NCBI GenBank assembly: GCA_963575745.1
Contig: CAUYUJ010000083.1
Span: 62,001 to 118,616, forward strand
Reading direction: 5' to 3'
Length of the DNA: 56,616 nucleotides
Source: Prorocentrum cordatum
Lineage: Eukaryota
The translations under genes were made by a program, and so were the position numbers. Within the stretch, counting starts at the first letter, position 1, and every line of letters begins with the position of its first letter. Positions 51,041 through 56,616 of this stretch are shown piece by piece. Below the pieces are notes generated by a model. It had not been told where the DNA came from. It saw only the letters and a list, made by a program, of their open reading frames with translations, and ran no database searches.

Positions 51041-51955
51041 GAAAATCGGGGGGGGGTCACTACCGGTTCGAACCCCTCCCCACCCCCCACCCCCCTCCGG
51101 AAAACTGGGGTGGGTCACTACAGGTTCGAACCCCTCCGCCCCCCCCCCGAGTTCATCATGAAAAGGGGGTGGGGTCACTACCGGTTCGAACCCCCCCCCC
51201 TCGAAAACCAGGGGGGGTCACTACCCGAGGGGGGGGTGCGGACAGTGGTGGGGACGGTGGTGGTGGGGACAGTGGTGAGGGGACAGCGGGACAGTGGTGG
51301 TGACAGTGGGACAGTGGTGGGGATGGTAGTGGTGGGGACAGTGGTGAGGACAATGGTGGGAACAGTCGGGACAGTGGACAGTGGTGGGGACGGTGGTGGT
51401 GGGGATAGTGGTGTGGGGAAAGTGGGAATGAGGTGGAAACAGTGGGACAGTGGAGGGTACAGTGGTGGTGGGGACAGTGGTGAAGGCGGTGGCGAGGACG
51501 GCGGTGGGACAATGGAACAGAGGTACAGTGGGGACAGTGGTGGGGACAGTGGGGACAGTGGTGGGAACAGTGGAACAGTTCAGTGGGACAGCGGAGGAGT
51601 CAGTGGGACAGTGGGGACAGCGGGGATTGTCGGGCAGTGGTTGGGGGTGTGGAGAAAGTGGGGAGAGTGGAACCGTGGCGGGAACAGTGGTGGGGACAGT
51701 GGGACAGTGCGACAGTGGTGGGGGCACTGGTGGGGACAATAGGGACGGTGGTGGAACCAGTGGGGACAGTGGTGGTGAGGACAGTGGCGCTGGGAACAAC
51801 AGTGGGGGATGTGGTGTGGACGGTGGTAGAGACCGGGAGTCGTCTGCTGGCGGTGAGTGGGGGGGGTGGGGAGGGGTTCGAACCGGTAGTGACCCCCCCT
51901 CCGATTTTCGAGGGGGGGGGGGTCGAACCGGTAGTGACCCCCCGTGGTTTTCGAG
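51041..51955. repeat. Foldback-like structure: modular inverted arms around a GGGACAGTG(GTG) minisatellite
   Basis: GGTCACTACCGGTTCGAACCCC x3 on the left and reverse complement x2 on the right; ~50-bp near-perfect inverted repeat 51041-51090 vs 51857-51909. Confidence 0.7.
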
Positions 51956-52191
51956 GGGGATGGGGGGGGGGGGAGGGGTTAGGGGAAGGGGCGGGGTTTT
52001 GCCGGGGGAGGGGAGGCGGGTGGGGTTGCAGCAGGGGGGGGGATTTTCGGAGGGTGGGGGTGGACCCCGGGTTCCGGAGGAAAGCGCGGCAATTTTCCAC
52101 AGTAAAGCGGCGGTGGATCACGCTCTCTCGATGATGATGCTGATGCTGATGCTGATGATGATGCTGATGCTGGTGCTGATGCTGATGCTGC

Positions 52192-52238
<47 letters not shown>

Positions 52239-52747
52239 GTGATGACAATGGTGATGATCGGTGGCGCATTGTGCGAATATAGGAGATCCGGAGAACCAAC
52301 TCGTTGTTGGGCTCTTGCGTGGAGCCGTAGCCTTAAATCGGGCATGTGGCTTCTGGCCTTTTTTATGGTCATTTTTCGTCCAAAATCCGCCTGTAGGGCG
52401 ACATGCCCGACATAACCGTAGCCGCGCGGTGCAGGAGGATGACGATGATGACGATGATGTGGCTGCTGACGGTGATGACGATGATGATCATGATGCTGGT
52501 GTTGATGATGATGATGATGTGATGACGATGATGCCGCTGCTGTTGATGATGATGCTGGTGATGATGATGATGATGAATATGATGATAACGAGGGTGCTGA
52601 TGATGTTGCCAATGACAATGCTGATGATGAAGAAGATGATTCTGATACTGACCATCAGGATTATGAATATGATGATGCTGGTGGTGATGATGGCGATGAT
52701 GCTGGTGATAATGATGATGGCGATAATGCTGGTAGTGATGATGATGG

Positions 52748-52778
<31 letters not shown>

Positions 52779-52914
52779 ATGCTGATGGTGGCAATGTGAT
52801 GATGATGCTGCTGCTGATGATGAAACTGATGACGGTGATTATGATGATACCGATGGTGCTGATGAGGTTGCCGATGCTGATGATGGTGATGATTATGATG
52901 ATGATGATGATGAC

Positions 52915-52949
<35 letters not shown>

Positions 52950-53351
52950 CGTTGACCATCAGGATGATGAAGATGAAGATGTTGTTGATGATGATGCTGA
53001 TGATGATGATGATGCTTAGAGTGCTGCTGCTGATGATGGTGGTGAGGATGACGATGTTGATGGTTGGCGATGCCTATGGTGATGGTGATGATGGTGATGA
53101 TGATGACAATGGTGATGATGCTGATGATGATGATGACGATCATGCTAATGCTGCTGATGATGATACTGATGCTGCTGATGACGGTGATGATGGTGGTGAT
53201 GATGATGATGATGGTGATGATTATTGTGTTGATGCTGATGATGACGGCAATTGTGGAATTGTGATGATGCTGATGTTGAGATGATGATGATGCTGCTGCT
53301 GATTCTGATGATGATGGTGTTGTTTTCGTTGTTGTCGATGCTGCTGCTGTG

Positions 53352-53390
<39 letters not shown>

Positions 53391-53911
53391 CACAAGGACA
53401 TATTAGGGGGCCGGTTGCTCCCCCCCTCCCCCGTGCGGAGCAACGCGCAACGCCACTTGATCCCGAAGGGACCCCGTGGCGTCGCACCTTGGCGTTGCTC
53501 CCCCCCCCCCCTCCCGTTCGGGCTCCTCGTTGGCTCCCTGTACCCCGTGCTTGGGACCCTTTGGACCCTGCCCTGCATGGCGCCCCCCGAAGGGCTGTTT
53601 TGGACTCAACCTTCAGGATCCAGAGACTCCCCCTTCTCCTCCTCCTCCTCCTCCTCCTCTTTTTATTACTGCTACTACTACTAAGACTACGGCTACTACG
53701 ACGACGACGACGACGACGACGACAACGACGACGACGACGACTACTACTACTACTACTACTACTACTATTATTACTACTACCACGACGACGACGACGACGA
53801 CGACTACTACTAGTAGTAGTAGTACTACTACTACTACTACTACAGCTACTAGTACTAGTACTAGTACTACTACTACTACTTCTACTACTACTACTACTAC
53901 TACTACCACTT

Positions 53912-53954
<43 letters not shown>

Positions 53955-54006
53955 TACTTCTACTACTACTACTACTACGACTACGACTACGACCACTACT
54001 ACTACG

Positions 54007-54056
<50 letters not shown>

Positions 54057-54620
54057 AACTACTACTGCTAGTACTACTACTACGACGACGACGACCACGA
54101 CGACGACGACGACGACTACTAATACTACTAGCACTACGACTACGACTACGACTAGTACTACGACTACTACAACTACGACTTCGACGACTACTACTACTAC
54201 TACTACTACTACTCCTCGCCTACTACCACTACAACTACTCCTACTACTCCTTCTACTCCTACTACTTCTACGGCTACTACTACGACGACTGCTACTACTG
54301 CTACTAACACTTGTACTATTACTGCTGTTACTGCTGATGCTGCTACTGCTGCTACTGCTTCTGCTGCGGCCTCTACCACCACCACTGCTACTACGATTGC
54401 TGCTGCTGCCCCATCTTACTATTACTACTACTATGACTACGGCTACGACGACGATGACGACTACGACTACGACTATTACTACTACTGCTGCTGCTACTAC
54501 TACTAGTACGTCTACTATCACTACTACTACTAACAACTACTACTTCTACTACGACGACGACGATTACTACGACTACGATTATTTCTACTACTGTTCTCAT
54601 GACTACTACTACTACTGCTA

Positions 54621-54652
<32 letters not shown>

Positions 54653-54749
54653 ACGTCTACGTCTACGACTATCACTATAATTACTCTTCCTCCTACTACT
54701 ACCACTACTACGGCGATAACTAGTACTACAGCTATTTCTGCGACGACTT

Positions 54750-55028
54750 TTATTCCCTACCTAGGCTCTGCCTAGAAGGGTTCTTACTCAGTAAGCTTAA
54801 AGGGCCGGGCAGTGGGAACAGCCCCGGGCGGTTCCCCTGGCATCCGCCCCGCGGTTCCCCCAGTGACGTTCCTTTGGCTTAGCGTTGCTTATTCCCTACC
54901 TAGGCTCTGCCTAGAGGGGTTCTTGCTCGGTAAGCTTAAAGGGCCGGGCAGTGTTGCCCGCCCCGGGCGGTTCCCCCGGCATCCGCCCCGCGGTTCCCCC
55001 AGTGACGTTCCTTTAGCTTGGCGTTGCT
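54750..55028. repeat. Tandem duplication of a ~139-bp unit
   Basis: TTATTCCCTACCTAGGCTCTGCCTAGA starts at 54750 and again at 54889. Confidence 0.9.
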
Positions 55029-55029
55029 T

Positions 55030-55325
55030 ATCTCATCTTAGCTCAGCCTAGCTAAACTTAGCTTAGCTTAGCTTAGCCTAGCCTAGCCTAGCCTAGCCTA
55101 GCCTAGCCTAGCCTAGCTTATTTTAGCTGAGCTTAGCTTAGCCTAACCTAGCTTAGCTTAGTTTAGCTCAGCGTAGCGCAGCGCAGCGCAGCATTAGCAT
55201 AGCATAGCATAGCATAGCATAGCATAGCATAGCATAGCATAGCATAGCATAGCATAGCATAGCATAGCATAGCGCAGCATAGCATAGCGCAGCATAGCAT
55301 AGCGAATCATAGCATAGCATAGCAT
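55030..55325. repeat. Pentanucleotide microsatellites (AGCTT/AGCCT/AGCAT)n
   Basis: Direct reading. Confidence 0.9.
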
Positions 55326-55909
55326 ATATGTGGATGTAGATGCATGTGTGCATGTAGATGTAGATGTAACTGTAGGTGTAGATGTGGATGTAGGTCTAGA
55401 TGTTGATGTAGGTAGTAAGCTGTACTATTATTATTACTACTACTAATACCGCTACTGCTACAACTGCGACGATGAGGAGAAGGAGGAGGACGGCGTCTAC
55501 CGTTACTTGTAAGATTGCTATCCTCGGGGCTCCAACTCCTAGGTAGGGTCGCTCTGGGATAATTAATACTAGTCGTATCATTACTACTACTACTACTGCT
55601 ACTACTACTACTACTTCTGCTGCTACCACTGCTGCTGCTGTGGCTGCTACTGCTACGACTACTATTTCTGCTGCTGCTGGTCCTACTACTGCTATTGCCA
55701 ACACTCTTTCCACGACTAAGTCGACGACGAGTACCACCACCACTACGACTACAATTTCTACTTTGCTACTACGACTACAGCGGCTACTACTACTTCTACA
55801 ACTATGGCTGCTACTACGTGTACTAAACCTAGGTCTACGACTCCTATCGCTCCTACTACGACTACGACAACTATAGGTACTACTGTTGTTATTACTACGA
55901 CGCCTGGTT

Positions 55910-55949
<40 letters not shown>

Positions 55950-56285
55950 GAGTTCGGCTACCACTACATCGGCTACTACACATACAACCACAACAATGAC
56001 AGCAACTACGAATACTTATGCTACTAGTACTACGACTTTGACTATTGCCATTGTCATGGCTATTGCTACTACCGTTGTGACAACTAGTACGACTATCATT
56101 ATGGCGACTACTATTGTTACTATTCCTTTAACGACTACTCACCATCGTTATATTTTCCTGTGCTACCCCTGCTACTGCAACTTTCACGACTACTATGATT
56201 ACTACTGCTACTACTGTGACTAATAATACGACTACTACTATTACCAGGAGTAGGGCTACGACTACGACGACGGCTACTACTACTG

Positions 56286-56325
<40 letters not shown>

Positions 56326-56577
56326 TTCTACTGCTACTCGTACTGCGCCGACGACCACGGCTACGGTTACGACCCGTACTACGACCACTACTACTACGAC
56401 TATTGCTACGACTACAGCTACTTCCGCTTTTACTACGACTACTACTACTACTAGTCCAGCTACTGCTACTACTACCATCGGTAGAAGTAGCCATAGTAGT
56501 TGTAGTTGTTGTCGTCGACGCCGTAGTAGCGGTAGTAGTAGTAGTAGTGGTAGTAGTCGACGTAGTAGCAGCAGGTC

Positions 56578-56616
<39 letters not shown>

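Noticed and set aside
51063..51075. GGTTCGAACCC as a tRNA T-loop or B-box
   Set aside because: No cloverleaf or A-box; it is part of a modular inverted repeat, although a remote SINE origin cannot be excluded.

Overview
Eukaryotic, GC-rich, microsatellite-saturated DNA. The SYSAGISACEK-type PPR repeats and the transposon content suggest a dinoflagellate, probably Prorocentrum-like (inference). Most ORF-track entries are artefacts of (GAT)n, (GGA)n and (ACT)n tracts. (1) A + strand pentatricopeptide-repeat (PPR) gene lies in 7 blocks between 804 and 25917 and gives about 424 open codons when joined. Six 1.5-8.4 kb inserts interrupt it, all at the same position of the 105-nt repeat (GTCA^TCAGC). 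Each insert starts with TC and has a hairpin + 8 nt + CTRG terminus (split by a 168-bp insertion in one case). These are Helitron-type ends rather than GT/GC/GA-AG intron ends, and several 5' ends mimic the target. This is the best candidate for an undescribed system. (2) A full-length but mutated 6.8 kb tyrosine-recombinase (DIRS-order) retrotransposon at 44020-50863 has split direct repeats A1..B1A2B2 and gag-like, RT-RNase H, recombinase and C5-methyltransferase-like coding regions. It is inserted at an AT dinucleotide in a (GAT)n tract. (3) The rest comprises three decayed LINE fragments, a poly(A)-tailed element encoding QPGALPG repeats, several MITE-like or dispersed repeats, minisatellites, and a few short exon-like segments of a possible second gene.
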